Of a stretch of 64,000 bases of DNA, positions 47,560-56,600 are shown one piece after another. A program made the translations under genes and the position numbers. Source of the DNA: a virus. Position 1 is the first letter of the stretch, and each line of letters begins with the position of its first letter. Location: positions 19,784 to 83,783 of IMG/VR virus record IMGVR_UViG_3300021962_000066; one strand, 5' to 3'. The notes beneath the pieces were generated by a model. That model had not been told where the DNA came from, made no database searches, and saw only the letters and a program-made list of their open reading frames with translations.

Positions 47560-47991
47560 CTAATTAACGGTTCCATCCGTCTGGATATTAAAATTAGTTA
47601 TTATCCCCGCATCTACGGGTTGCGTTTTTAGGGTAGTACTAACTTTAATGTTAGCGTTTATAATCTTATTACACTTAATGCATTTATAACTATTTTCTCT
47701 ACCCATTACTATATTAACAGTCTCAACGTTAGCGACTCCACAAGGACAGGTCAGATTCGCCGTCGTTAATGCACTTGCAATAGCTAGTTCAATTTCTTGT
47801 TGACGTACTCTTTTTAAGGCAGAAAGCTCAACTGCGTAGGTTACGCTAAAGTGTAATATTACTTGACTGAGAAAAAATAATAAAAACCATTTCGCAAAAT
47901 TTTGCGCTGTTTGACCGTCAAAGCAAAGATATGCTAACACTGCTGATATTGAGCAGAGGATTGATATAGATACGGATACCTTTTTAACCAT
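47560..47991 (-). CDS. Membrane protein with two TM helices and a Cys-pair zinc-ribbon-like domain
   Basis: Two hydrophobic stretches; CPCG and CIKC. Confidence 0.6.
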   Translation of the reverse strand: MVKKVSVSISILCSISAVLAYLCFDGQTAQNFAKWFLLFFLSQVILHFSVTYAVELSALKRVRQQEIELAIASALTTANLTCPCGVANVETVNIVMGRENSYKCIKCNKIINANIKVSTTLKTQPVDAGIITNFNIQTDGTVN

Positions 47992-47996
47992 ATATC

Positions 47997-48024
47997 ATAA
48001 TATGGTCTAATCCGATAAAAACAA
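47997..48024 (-). promoter_or_regulatory. Sigma70-like promoter
   Basis: TTGTTT-16 nt-TATTAT, 5 nt before the ATG. Confidence 0.5.
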
Positions 48025-48396
48025 CTAGATATCGCCGATTATTCGTGTGGCGAATTTGAGGTGATTAGTGGTTGCGGTAATTTGTCGACGAGCTCTAATT
48101 AATTTGTTTTTATCTTCCTCAGATCTAGCTAAATTTGACCTAAGAGCATTATCTAGGCTATGTCTAATGTTAGCTAATGATAGTATTGCATCACCTATCG
48201 ACGCAGGTACGCTGACGAGCAGAGGGTGTAGAGATTTTGTCTGCTTTACATTATTAGGAAATTGGTCTGTTTCGCCAGATACGCCAAGTAATTTACCTAG
48301 GCTAGTAGGCATCGCGCTCTGACTGCTAAATCCTGGGCCTTCCACCCATCTACTGGTAGCCATTGTTGCATCTTCGAAAACAATACTCTTTTTCAC
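48025..48396 (-). CDS. Hypothetical late protein
   Basis: TAAGTA 5 nt before GTG; divergent from 48442. Confidence 0.55.
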   Translation of the reverse strand: MKKSIVFEDATMATSRWVEGPGFSSQSAMPTSLGKLLGVSGETDQFPNNVKQTKSLHPLLVSVPASIGDAILSLANIRHSLDNALRSNLARSEEDKNKLIRARRQITATTNHLKFATRIIGDI

Positions 48397-48441
48397 ATAA
48401 TTACTTATTCTTCGAATATAAAAGAATAAGTAATTAAAATT

Positions 48442-48852
48442 ATGAGATTCCGAAACCGATTTGTTACGTTACTCGAGCAGGAAAATGAGCCAACTCCTAA
48501 CCCGATCGTTGACGCATCTCCTGAAGATGAACGTGCTGCAATGGCTAGCACGTTAGACAAAGGTGCTACACCAACCGACTACGATGTTCCTGCACCTGCG
48601 CCCAGAGCTGACGTCGAAAAGCAACAGCAGGTACAAGAACTTAAGAATTGGATATCTCAGATTGATAATTTTATTGAAATGCTAAACGCGCCTAAGCCTA
48701 CATCTATGCAGAGCAAGTTGCACTCCGCGCAATGCGATACGATGTTTGACGATATTGCACGAAGTGAGAAAAAGAAAATATCTAGATTGGCTGCAGAACT
48801 TAGCGCTCTATCCGAGTCGCTAAAGGGTTATCTCATTTCTTCGAACACTTAA
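48442..48852 (+). CDS. Hypothetical late protein
   Basis: TAAGTA upstream; MRFRNRFVTLLEQE. Confidence 0.6.
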   Translation: MRFRNRFVTLLEQENEPTPNPIVDASPEDERAAMASTLDKGATPTDYDVPAPAPRADVEKQQQVQELKNWISQIDNFIEMLNAPKPTSMQSKLHSAQCDTMFDDIARSEKKKISRLAAELSALSESLKGYLISSNT

Positions 48853-49864
48853 TATTGCCTAAAAGCATCTTAGCTTTTAGCCCTGAGCTGGTATTAGAAA
48901 GGACGAAATCAATTTCAATTTCGTTCTTTTTTTGATCTATAATTATATCGTTAAAGTCTTTATATTTTTCGCCAAACTCTCTAGGCCATATAAAGACCTG
49001 CTCTCCTTGATTTATAAGAATACTCGTTTTAGTATTAGAGGCTTTATCAAGCCACTGAGAATCTAGTACCCATATCCTCTTATGTAGGGGGAATGCTCTT
49101 AGCTGCTCGGTTTGAAGTGCTGTTAAGTGTTCGTGACTATTTTCCTGAATACCGCAAACAGCTACTCCGTTTTTGGTAAAAAAGGAATTAATAGGTCCCT
49201 CGAAGATTAAGATATTATCAGTATTACTGTCTATTGAATCGATACCGTACAGTGACTTAGGGCAATTAACCTTTCCAAGATATTTCGGCTTAGTATCGTC
49301 GGGGTATATCGACCGTGTCTGATAAAAAATAATCTCCTTGTTTCTATTATAGAATGGAATTACTAAACGGTTTTTATGTACAAAATCCGTGAGACTCAAC
49401 CACAAACTTCGCGGGCGATTCACCGCATGTATTATCCTTCTCTTACTAATTATTTTTAAAGCATCTATAACCGATTGCTCTTTAATATAAAATTCTACCT
49501 GCTTTTTATCGAGTAGATTTATACTATCCTTAGGGAGTATTTCTATGTTTACTCGCTTTTGGGGTTCCTCTGTCTTAAACGAGGCAGGCAGCTTATCATG
49601 CTCATTCGAGTCAATTAGCAATTCCTTAAATGTTTTACCGGTAACTTCAATTAACCAGTTGGTGCTTGATCCCCGCCAGCCGCAATTATGGCAGCATATG
49701 TAGTTCTTTTCAACGAGGTAGTAGCAACGCTTTTTCTTTAACCAGGAGAGGCCTTCTTTACAAATATAACACGAGCCCTGATAGTTATTCAAGTAACGAG
49801 AGTACTTGACTCCGCCATTGAATTCATAAAATTTTTCTACGGTGTAGTCAACCGGTATCACCAA
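48833..49864 (-). CDS. gp61: DNA primase (gp61-like)
   Basis: Zn ribbon CYIC...CHNCG, RLVIPF..FYQTR..KY, Toprim EGPINS, KDFND. Confidence 0.88.
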   Translation of the reverse strand: MVIPVDYTVEKFYEFNGGVKYSRYLNNYQGSCYICKEGLSWLKKKRCYYLVEKNYICCHNCGWRGSSTNWLIEVTGKTFKELLIDSNEHDKLPASFKTEEPQKRVNIEILPKDSINLLDKKQVEFYIKEQSVIDALKIISKRRIIHAVNRPRSLWLSLTDFVHKNRLVIPFYNRNKEIIFYQTRSIYPDDTKPKYLGKVNCPKSLYGIDSIDSNTDNILIFEGPINSFFTKNGVAVCGIQENSHEHLTALQTEQLRAFPLHKRIWVLDSQWLDKASNTKTSILINQGEQVFIWPREFGEKYKDFNDIIIDQKKNEIEIDFVLSNTSSGLKAKMLLGNIKCSKK

Positions 49865-49878
49865 TTAAGATAGGTGAT

Positions 49879-50076
49879 TTAGATACTGGTATCAACCATT
49901 TGACCGGTCTTGAGATCTTTTACCGAAATGATACCTTTTCTAATAAAGGCACCTGATGCGGGATCAATGTAGTGTGCTTCAGTAATCTCTTTATTACCAG
50001 TGATATATGATTTTATCAGCGGTTTTACCGGTTGGCCGCTAATCGGCGATGTGATGATCTTTGGGGACGTATACAT
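49879..50076 (-). CDS. Small hypothetical protein
   Basis: 65 aa; TAAGTA 6 nt before the ATG. Confidence 0.55.
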   Translation of the reverse strand: MYTSPKIITSPISGQPVKPLIKSYITGNKEITEAHYIDPASGAFIRKGIISVKDLKTGQMVDTSI

Positions 50077-50081
50077 TTTAA

Positions 50082-50336
50082 TTACTTAATCTCCGTACAA
50101 TTCCTTTTAAACTGTAAAATTACCGTTTTATAGACATCGGCAGGTATTACCTCGACAAATTCAATTATACCGTTCTGCCACCCTGATTCGAATTTATCAG
50201 TAGGTATATATCTATTTTTCATTACCGGTATACTTAGAAAAGTATACTGGTAATTTGTTTTTTCTATAAAAATCATTATCTCACCAGCATACCTACCACG
50301 CTTTACCGCAAAAGATTGTCGTAATTGAGGTATCAT
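50082..50336 (-). CDS. Hypothetical protein
   Basis: 84 aa; ATGA overlap with the rmlA stop. Confidence 0.55.
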   Translation of the reverse strand: MIPQLRQSFAVKRGRYAGEIMIFIEKTNYQYTFLSIPVMKNRYIPTDKFESGWQNGIIEFVEVIPADVYKTVILQFKRNCTEIK

Positions 50337-51127
50337 TTAAACTCCTTATTTGCAGTAGACCTGGATGGGTCACATACACTGACACCTGTTCTACGCTGCA
50401 TTACCCTCACAAACTCTGCTGCATCTAATAAACTATCTGCAGTCCCGGTATCCAGCCATGCGGTACCGGGGTCAAGTAGCCTAACCTCTAACTTACCCTC
50501 TTTTATATATAGATTGTTTATATCTGTAATTTCGAGTTCACCGCGCGGTGAGGGAGTTAAGGATTTCGCTTTGTTAATACACGAGTTATCGTAAAAATAT
50601 AGCCCCGGTACTGCATACATCGATACAAACTCAGTTGGCTTTTCGACAATACGCTTTACTTTTAGTTTGCTGTCAAACTCTACAACGCCATACTCAGACG
50701 GGTTACCTACCTGGTAGCCAAATATAAGATTCAGACTATCTTTGGATTCATGAATAGATGTTAGCTGATTTTTGAACGCGGTACCATGAAATATATTATC
50801 ACCTAGAGCTAGCACTACATCACTCTTGCCTAGCCATTTTTCAGTAATGATAAACGCCTCTGCGATCCCCCGAGGTGCACTCTGTATGAAGTATGTGAAC
50901 TGTAAGCCCCACTGTGAGCCGTCACCAAGAACTTTCTTAAATCTCTCAGTCTCTCCCTTAGCGACAATTATTGCAATCTCGGTAATACCACAATCTATGA
51001 GAGTAGATATAGGGTAATAAATTAATGGTTTATCATAAACTGGCAAAAGCTGTTTACTAGTTCCTCTAGTTAGAGGATAAAGACGTTTACCTCTGCCGCC
51101 TGCAAGAATAATACCTTTTCTATTCAT
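50333..51127 (-). CDS. rmlA: Glucose-1-phosphate thymidylyltransferase
   Basis: GIILAGGRGKRLYPLT, SKQLLPVYDKPLIYYP, LGDNIF, EKP, RGELEITD, WLDTGT. Confidence 0.95.
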   Translation of the reverse strand: MNRKGIILAGGRGKRLYPLTRGTSKQLLPVYDKPLIYYPISTLIDCGITEIAIIVAKGETERFKKVLGDGSQWGLQFTYFIQSAPRGIAEAFIITEKWLGKSDVVLALGDNIFHGTAFKNQLTSIHESKDSLNLIFGYQVGNPSEYGVVEFDSKLKVKRIVEKPTEFVSMYAVPGLYFYDNSCINKAKSLTPSPRGELEITDINNLYIKEGKLEVRLLDPGTAWLDTGTADSLLDAAEFVRVMQRRTGVSVCDPSRSTANKEFK

Positions 51128-52016
51128 TGCGATAGACACGCTGATCACGTATACAGGCTTGAATTGACCCCATTACTTCAGGTAGCTGAAATCCAATAGA
51201 TCTAATCTTATCCGTACTTATAACAGTATTAGACCTATTAGCTGTCATTTTCAACTCGGTGTCGTCGACAAATAACCACTTACTATCTATACCATATTTC
51301 TTAAAGATTGTTATAATCACCTTATTCGTTACAATACCTTCGTTTACGACGTTATAGATATCAAAGGGCTTTACAAAATAATTATTAGCAATAAATTTAC
51401 CAATAAATACCGTTAAGTCGTGTACACTAGTCATTGAATTCTCATGAGAGATGAGACGAGTATACTTCGCTAATTTAAACAGAGTGTTCCTTACGTTACT
51501 TAGATCGCTACAAAACGGCATTCTAATTCTAAAAATTACACCGTAATCTATAGCCTTTATACTCTCTTCTGCAGCATGCTTAGATTTTGAGTAGAAGCTG
51601 CTCTTATTACTATAGAGCCCGAAGTTAGGTACATCTTCTTCAGTGTAACATTTATCGTAGCTATCGTAAATGCATCCACTAGAAATATGAATAAATTTAC
51701 AGTCTGCACGTTTAGCAGTAAGAGCTAACTTAGCCGGTAATATTGCATTTAAGTTCCAACAATCTGGCTTATTTTCATCTCTCTCGCATGCATCTACGTT
51801 AGGTTTACCGGTATATCCTACGCAATTTATAATCACCACCTCGTCGTGAGACATCTTTAGCTCTGTAAGTCTTTTAAAAAGGTGGTCTTGATCAGTGTAG
51901 TCAAATTTTAACTTATTAACTATTTGTACAGTCTCTATAGAGCAGAGAGTAGATAGGTAACTCTGAAGATGGTTACCGATGTAACCTTTACCAAGAATAA
52001 GACAAGCAATAGACAT
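51120..52016 (-). CDS. dTDP-4-keto-6-deoxyhexose reductase, NRS/ER (bifunctional 3,5-epimerase/4-reductase)-type RmlD family
   Basis: GKGYIG, GYTGKPNVDACE, HISSGCIY, SFYSKSK, RIRMP. Confidence 0.82.
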   Translation of the reverse strand: MSIACLILGKGYIGNHLQSYLSTLCSIETVQIVNKLKFDYTDQDHLFKRLTELKMSHDEVVIINCVGYTGKPNVDACERDENKPDCWNLNAILPAKLALTAKRADCKFIHISSGCIYDSYDKCYTEEDVPNFGLYSNKSSFYSKSKHAAEESIKAIDYGVIFRIRMPFCSDLSNVRNTLFKLAKYTRLISHENSMTSVHDLTVFIGKFIANNYFVKPFDIYNVVNEGIVTNKVIITIFKKYGIDSKWLFVDDTELKMTANRSNTVISTDKIRSIGFQLPEVMGSIQACIRDQRVYRNE

Positions 52017-52022
52017 TACTAC

Positions 52023-52050
52023 AATTTAGCGATATATCTACCTGATTCAA
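52023..52050 (-). promoter_or_regulatory. Sigma70-like promoter
   Basis: TTGAAT-16 nt-TAAATT, 6 nt before the ATG. Confidence 0.5.
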
Positions 52051-52403
52051 CTCTCATCATCACTGTTAATATTACTACCACCCGTCGGCATTGCAGCATT
52101 GGTAAGAAGAGTGGTTAGACCGTCGGCACTCTGCTGGTTTCTAGCTAAGCATATACGAATTGCATTACCGTCCATATCATATCCTAGTAAAATATATGAT
52201 TCTAGGTACTCCGACATCACGCTCGCTAAACGATGCAAATCGTCCTCTGTATTAATCTGCTTCGTAGGTCTCGATCTCTTTTCGGTCTGAACCTCTTTGA
52301 TGAGCTTCCGTATCTCCGCCTGCTGCTTCTTGTGAGCCGACTTGCTCATTAACGGATCCGTGTTGCCACCCGCCGGCTGCTGGTTGTCTCGATTGGTATC
52401 CAT
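52047..52403 (-). CDS. Hypothetical protein
   Basis: SEYLESYILLGYDMDG; TAAGTA 6 nt upstream. Confidence 0.6.
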   Translation of the reverse strand: MDTNRDNQQPAGGNTDPLMSKSAHKKQQAEIRKLIKEVQTEKRSRPTKQINTEDDLHRLASVMSEYLESYILLGYDMDGNAIRICLARNQQSADGLTTLLTNAAMPTGGSNINSDDES

Positions 52404-52764
52404 TTAAATTACTTAAGCCGGGCCGTATAAATTTACCCTTAAGCGCCCAATTATCCTTATTAGATATCCCATTATTGACAAGATACTCTGTAATGACTTC
52501 AATCGAATCTGTTTTAATAAAAAAGTTCTTTGGTATATTAAACCCACCGTCATTCAGTTCGAACTCGATATCCTTATTATTCTCTCTATTAAAGTAACAA
52601 GTTATATATACAGACGCTCCACCAGGATTAACGAGTATAGTCCAAGCACGTGAATCGTGCTTGGCATACTCTCTAAAAATTTTTAACACAACAAATCCGC
52701 TATCCCTCATCCGTTTTACAAAATAACCAGGAGTGCGGATCTTATTTTTACATCTACTGCTCAT
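52252..52764 (-). CDS. Hypothetical protein
   Basis: Start MSSRCK preferred; 3' end overlaps the next gene. Confidence 0.55.
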   Translation of the reverse strand: MSSRCKNKIRTPGYFVKRMRDSGFVVLKIFREYAKHDSRAWTILVNPGGASVYITCYFNRENNKDIEFELNDGGFNIPKNFFIKTDSIEVITEYLVNNGISNKDNWALKGKFIRPGLSNLNGYQSRQPAAGGWQHGSVNEQVGSQEAAGGDTEAHQRGSDRKEIETYEAD

Positions 52765-52765
52765 A

Positions 52766-53506
52766 TTAGTTAATAAGTCCTGAGACAATATACTTCATAT
52801 GTAAGTTAGTCTGCTTAATATCAAAAGTCAAGATACTTAGATTTTTTGAATATCGTACAAGGAGGTTCTCGTATGAGACTGCAGTTAATAGTCTCAGAAT
52901 CTCAATGTTAATAGGCACTGATCGGGTAATAAGCTCACCAATAACCTCAGCGTTATTGCATAATAACTTCGTATAGGAGTCTACGTTATGTCTTGACTTA
53001 TCCGTGATTTCGCCGTGAACTCTAGTATCTGTAAAGTTAAAGTAGACCTTGGTAATGTCGGGAAGTAAAAAGCTACTCTTCATTAACCATCTTATATCTT
53101 CGGTTAACACATGAAATTTATAATCGAAGGGTATACTATTAATTTTACCTATATTTAGTGCAGGTGAACTGATGATACCCTCTTCGTATAGATGAAACTT
53201 AAATCGAGTACCCTCTGAGTTATACCCGATACTATTACTATCAATATTTAAAACAAAATTACTTGGTAATATTGACAGCAATTTCTGTAATTTCTTGAAA
53301 TCAGGTATATTGAGTGTTAGATTCAACCCCTCGGGTATAGTATCGTCTATATACTCGCTATTTACAACTATCGTATTATCTGAAGTCGCGGTAATGCAGC
53401 TAAACTTCTTATTAGATAATTTGATAATTCCTGTATCACTTATCCTAGCTAAACCGCCTATAAATCCGTTTACAAACTCGGAGCTATTTGTAATGTTTAA
53501 TTCCAT
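52766..53506 (-). CDS. gp45: Sliding clamp (gp45/PCNA-like)
   Basis: 246-aa two-domain alpha/beta pattern (LNIPDFKKLQKLLS); replication context. Confidence 0.6.
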   Translation of the reverse strand: MELNITNSSEFVNGFIGGLARISDTGIIKLSNKKFSCITATSDNTIVVNSEYIDDTIPEGLNLTLNIPDFKKLQKLLSILPSNFVLNIDSNSIGYNSEGTRFKFHLYEEGIISSPALNIGKINSIPFDYKFHVLTEDIRWLMKSSFLLPDITKVYFNFTDTRVHGEITDKSRHNVDSYTKLLCNNAEVIGELITRSVPINIEILRLLTAVSYENLLVRYSKNLSILTFDIKQTNLHMKYIVSGLIN

Positions 53507-53534
53507 TAACTTAGTGCATTAATCAGTCGCTGTA

Positions 53535-53972
53535 TCAGGTTTTTTTTTGCGGATTTACAGATTTGCCGTCAGCTACATATCTTTCAATCGCGTTAAGAGT
53601 CGCTTCAAACTTATCAAAGCGTGCATTTAGCCTATTAAGTTGCTCAGCTATGTCCTTAGCTACATCGTATCTAAAATCAAATTCGAGTTGATCTTTAGAT
53701 ACTAAAGGTACCACATGCGGTTGCATCGTAACAACTTGAATCGTAGGTAGTTCAACTTCTGTTGCGGGTACAGATTCAGATAAAATACCCGGCGACGGTC
53801 CACCGGGTATTTTATCTATAATATCTTGCGCGTTTATTGCGAACCCTTGTAGTGTATTAGTTTTATTGATAATATAACTATCTAGTTGACGGAGCTCTGA
53901 CATATTTTGTCCCAGAAACTGGATCATTGCCATCTTAGCCTCGTCACCTGTTACGTCTACAATAGGGTCCAT
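53535..53972 (-). CDS. Hypothetical protein
   Basis: QLEFDF followed by a coiled coil. Confidence 0.55.
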   Translation of the reverse strand: MDPIVDVTGDEAKMAMIQFLGQNMSELRQLDSYIINKTNTLQGFAINAQDIIDKIPGGPSPGILSESVPATEVELPTIQVVTMQPHVVPLVSKDQLEFDFRYDVAKDIAEQLNRLNARFDKFEATLNAIERYVADGKSVNPQKKT

Positions 53973-53973
53973 A

Positions 53974-54810
53974 TTAATTCAGTTCGTTTAGTAGATCTTG
54001 AATTACTTTATCATTATCTTCTTCTGCAACTATTGCGGCTGCCGGTTTAGGTGTTGCAGGAGACTCGCTAACGATTTTAGCAGGCTTATCGTTATCGGCA
54101 TTCTTGCAATGATAAGCTTCGTCGAGGATCTTCTTGAGCTCGTCGTACGACTTGCTCACGACGTAGGTGGAAAGATCTAGCGTAGATTTATATACCTTCT
54201 CGATCTTCTCCGGTGACATATCTTCTAAAGCTTTTGGCATCTTAAACTTAGACGATACATAGGTAGGGTAGTCACCCTGCTTCTCGACCTTAATCATAAG
54301 ACTGCAACCATCGGCGCCCATATCAAATACGCGAGGGCCAAAATCCTCAGCACCTTCTCCTTCAATCGCATCAAAGATAATCTTACCGAGCTGTTTACCG
54401 AAACGAAGTACCTTAACAGTCCCGTTATTCTCAGGCGACTTACTATCGCTAACAACGAATACGTTAACCAACCAGTTTTCACTGCGACGAACCGCTTTAA
54501 TTTTATCCTTCTCGGCCTCAGTCCCGGTGTTATACACACGATACCGCTCTTCAGCGATAGGGTCAGGTTGATCCCACGTTTGAAGTGAGGTTACGTTGAT
54601 ATTCTTACCATCAAGAAAGCTCTTCCAACCAAAATTATAATAATGGAAGAACGTCTTAGCAGGATCAGTAAGATTAGGTAGAAGTCTAACTACGTAGGTA
54701 TTACCTACGTCAGGTCGAAGAAAATCTTTAAGACGCTCTCCAATTTTGTTATCGTTCTTAGCAAGAGCATCGCGGATGCTCTCGAACATTTTTGTATTGT
54801 ATGTAGCCAT
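53974..54810 (-). CDS. gp32: Single-stranded DNA-binding protein (gp32-like)
   Basis: VRLLP, DPIAE, NVFVVSD..PENNGTVKVLRFGKQL, YVSSKF, acidic tail. Confidence 0.88.
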   Translation of the reverse strand: MATYNTKMFESIRDALAKNDNKIGERLKDFLRPDVGNTYVVRLLPNLTDPAKTFFHYYNFGWKSFLDGKNINVTSLQTWDQPDPIAEERYRVYNTGTEAEKDKIKAVRRSENWLVNVFVVSDSKSPENNGTVKVLRFGKQLGKIIFDAIEGEGAEDFGPRVFDMGADGCSLMIKVEKQGDYPTYVSSKFKMPKALEDMSPEKIEKVYKSTLDLSTYVVSKSYDELKKILDEAYHCKNADNDKPAKIVSESPATPKPAAAIVAEEDNDKVIQDLLNELN

Positions 54811-54815
54811 ATATG

Positions 54816-55454
54816 TTATGTGTTTGTTTGTTTTTTATACGCGAGCTCTGCTAATGTCTTACATTTCTTTGACTCTAGATATTTGTTTCTAAAGCAGTAA
54901 AAACGGTCAACATACTCGTCGCTTAATATGAACTTTAATATGTTTTTATCAGAAGTCCACAAATTCTTCTCGAAATTAACAAATGGAAACAATGCGTATA
55001 CACTTACGTTAAAGTCTTTTAAGTGAACGATATAGTCATTAACCACCCCCGTAGTATAGTCACAATAATTAATTATATCTATCTGCTCCTTTGTACAAAA
55101 ATCCTTTATAAATTTGTATGACTCTATTACAAATTTAAGCTGATTGTCTTCATCGGGATTCTCGTATTTTAGTTTATTAATATAAATACTATAAGCTTTA
55201 ATAGCTTTTTGAGATATATAGTAGTCTAGATAATACTGCGATGAAATAGGGTATATCTTATACGGAGCTGCGAAGAATAGATCTACTTTTATATGCTTAT
55301 GTTTAATAAAGAGATTAGATAGATATCTAATTGCTGCTTCTACTTCGGTTCCTTCTATCTTCGAAAAATCTACTCTAAGCTTGTATGGCTTATTAAAGCT
55401 TTGCCGACTTATACGTAAGTAGGTATTATATATAAATCTTTCATACTCTATCAT
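54816..55454 (-). CDS. Hypothetical replication-region protein (gp59-like position and size)
   Basis: 212 aa, Tyr/Lys-rich, directly upstream of gp32 as gp59 is in T4. Confidence 0.4.
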   Translation of the reverse strand: MIEYERFIYNTYLRISRQSFNKPYKLRVDFSKIEGTEVEAAIRYLSNLFIKHKHIKVDLFFAAPYKIYPISSQYYLDYYISQKAIKAYSIYINKLKYENPDEDNQLKFVIESYKFIKDFCTKEQIDIINYCDYTTGVVNDYIVHLKDFNVSVYALFPFVNFEKNLWTSDKNILKFILSDEYVDRFYCFRNKYLESKKCKTLAELAYKKQTNT

Positions 55455-55463
55455 ACTATGACT

Positions 55464-55754
55464 CTATTGTAGAATCTTTGCACTACTAGTATTATTTAAA
55501 TATTTCATAATATACTTGCTCTTATATATTGATGGGTCAAACTTTAAGAATAACTGAATACATTCAAAATCTGAATCGACTTCAAATTGTTTCTTAAATA
55601 TCTTACGTAATTGCTTATTCTTCAAAAAATGCAAAAAAACATTTGCAGTATTGAGCTTCTTACCATTCACGAGAGTAACGTAGGTGCAGAGCTTTGCAAA
55701 CAGACAGTATAGTTCTTCATCTTCCATATTCCCTGAAGGAGAGTCAATTTTCAT
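55464..55754 (-). CDS. Hypothetical protein
   Basis: 96-aa ORF. Confidence 0.55.
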   Translation of the reverse strand: MKIDSPSGNMEDEELYCLFAKLCTYVTLVNGKKLNTANVFLHFLKNKQLRKIFKKQFEVDSDFECIQLFLKFDPSIYKSKYIMKYLNNTSSAKILQ

Positions 55755-56583
55755 GCTGTTTAAATAGACTAGAAAATCTCAAAAATTTATCAGTTAATTT
55801 ACCTGCGGCTGTTTTCTCCCTGCCGCCGCCATCACATAATTTAACAGCTAGTTTAGATACATCGTAGTCACACGTCTTATTAGCTCTAAAAGATACTCTC
55901 TTCATCGGAGCATTAACAATTATTGCTATATCAGCTCCGCAGTCTTTAAATAGGAAGTCTGCTATATCATTTACGCCGTAATCACTAAAACAGCATACTA
56001 CTTTATACTTCTTAGTTATAGTAGTACTATAACATTCGAGATTATCAATTATATCCTTAACTCTGAGAGTATGATACTTTAGTGTAGCTTTATGTATAAG
56101 GCTAAATCCGGTATAACCTTGACTGAACTCTTTACAAAATTGAGCTACCCTATCGCCGCTCATACTATAGAATAGCGTATTTAAATCGTAGGATGTCTTT
56201 GTCTTTAGTTGATAACTGTCGAAGTCGCTAATTAACTTGACGAGTATTTTCTGATTATCTGTTAAGGATTTAGATGCCTGACTCGAAAAATACCTGTAAA
56301 TTAGCTCTGTGCAGCTACATATCTCACTACGCTCGAATGCTGTCACCTTATTATTGTCAAGCAAACGAAGGATCTCATCAGTACGGCTTATATTACACAG
56401 AAATACTTTATCGTATTTGTCTATGTGATGCTTTATAAAGGCGTTGATATCCTCCTTCAGAGATGTTTCTGAAGTTACTTTATGGGTGATAGAGCTGCCA
56501 CTAAATAGCTGATTTAATATCCATACACAGCCTGCACCGTCCAGGTTGGCGCCGGTAAAGATAAAAATACTCTGTTTCGACAT
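55744..56583 (-). CDS. Degenerate DHH/DHHA1-family protein
   Basis: NLDGAGC, RVSFR, GGGREKTAAG; no DHH triad. Confidence 0.65.
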   Translation of the reverse strand: MSKQSIFIFTGANLDGAGCVWILNQLFSGSSITHKVTSETSLKEDINAFIKHHIDKYDKVFLCNISRTDEILRLLDNNKVTAFERSEICSCTELIYRYFSSQASKSLTDNQKILVKLISDFDSYQLKTKTSYDLNTLFYSMSGDRVAQFCKEFSQGYTGFSLIHKATLKYHTLRVKDIIDNLECYSTTITKKYKVVCCFSDYGVNDIADFLFKDCGADIAIIVNAPMKRVSFRANKTCDYDVSKLAVKLCDGGGREKTAAGKLTDKFLRFSSLFKQHEN

Positions 56584-56600
56584 TATTATAATTTATAGCC

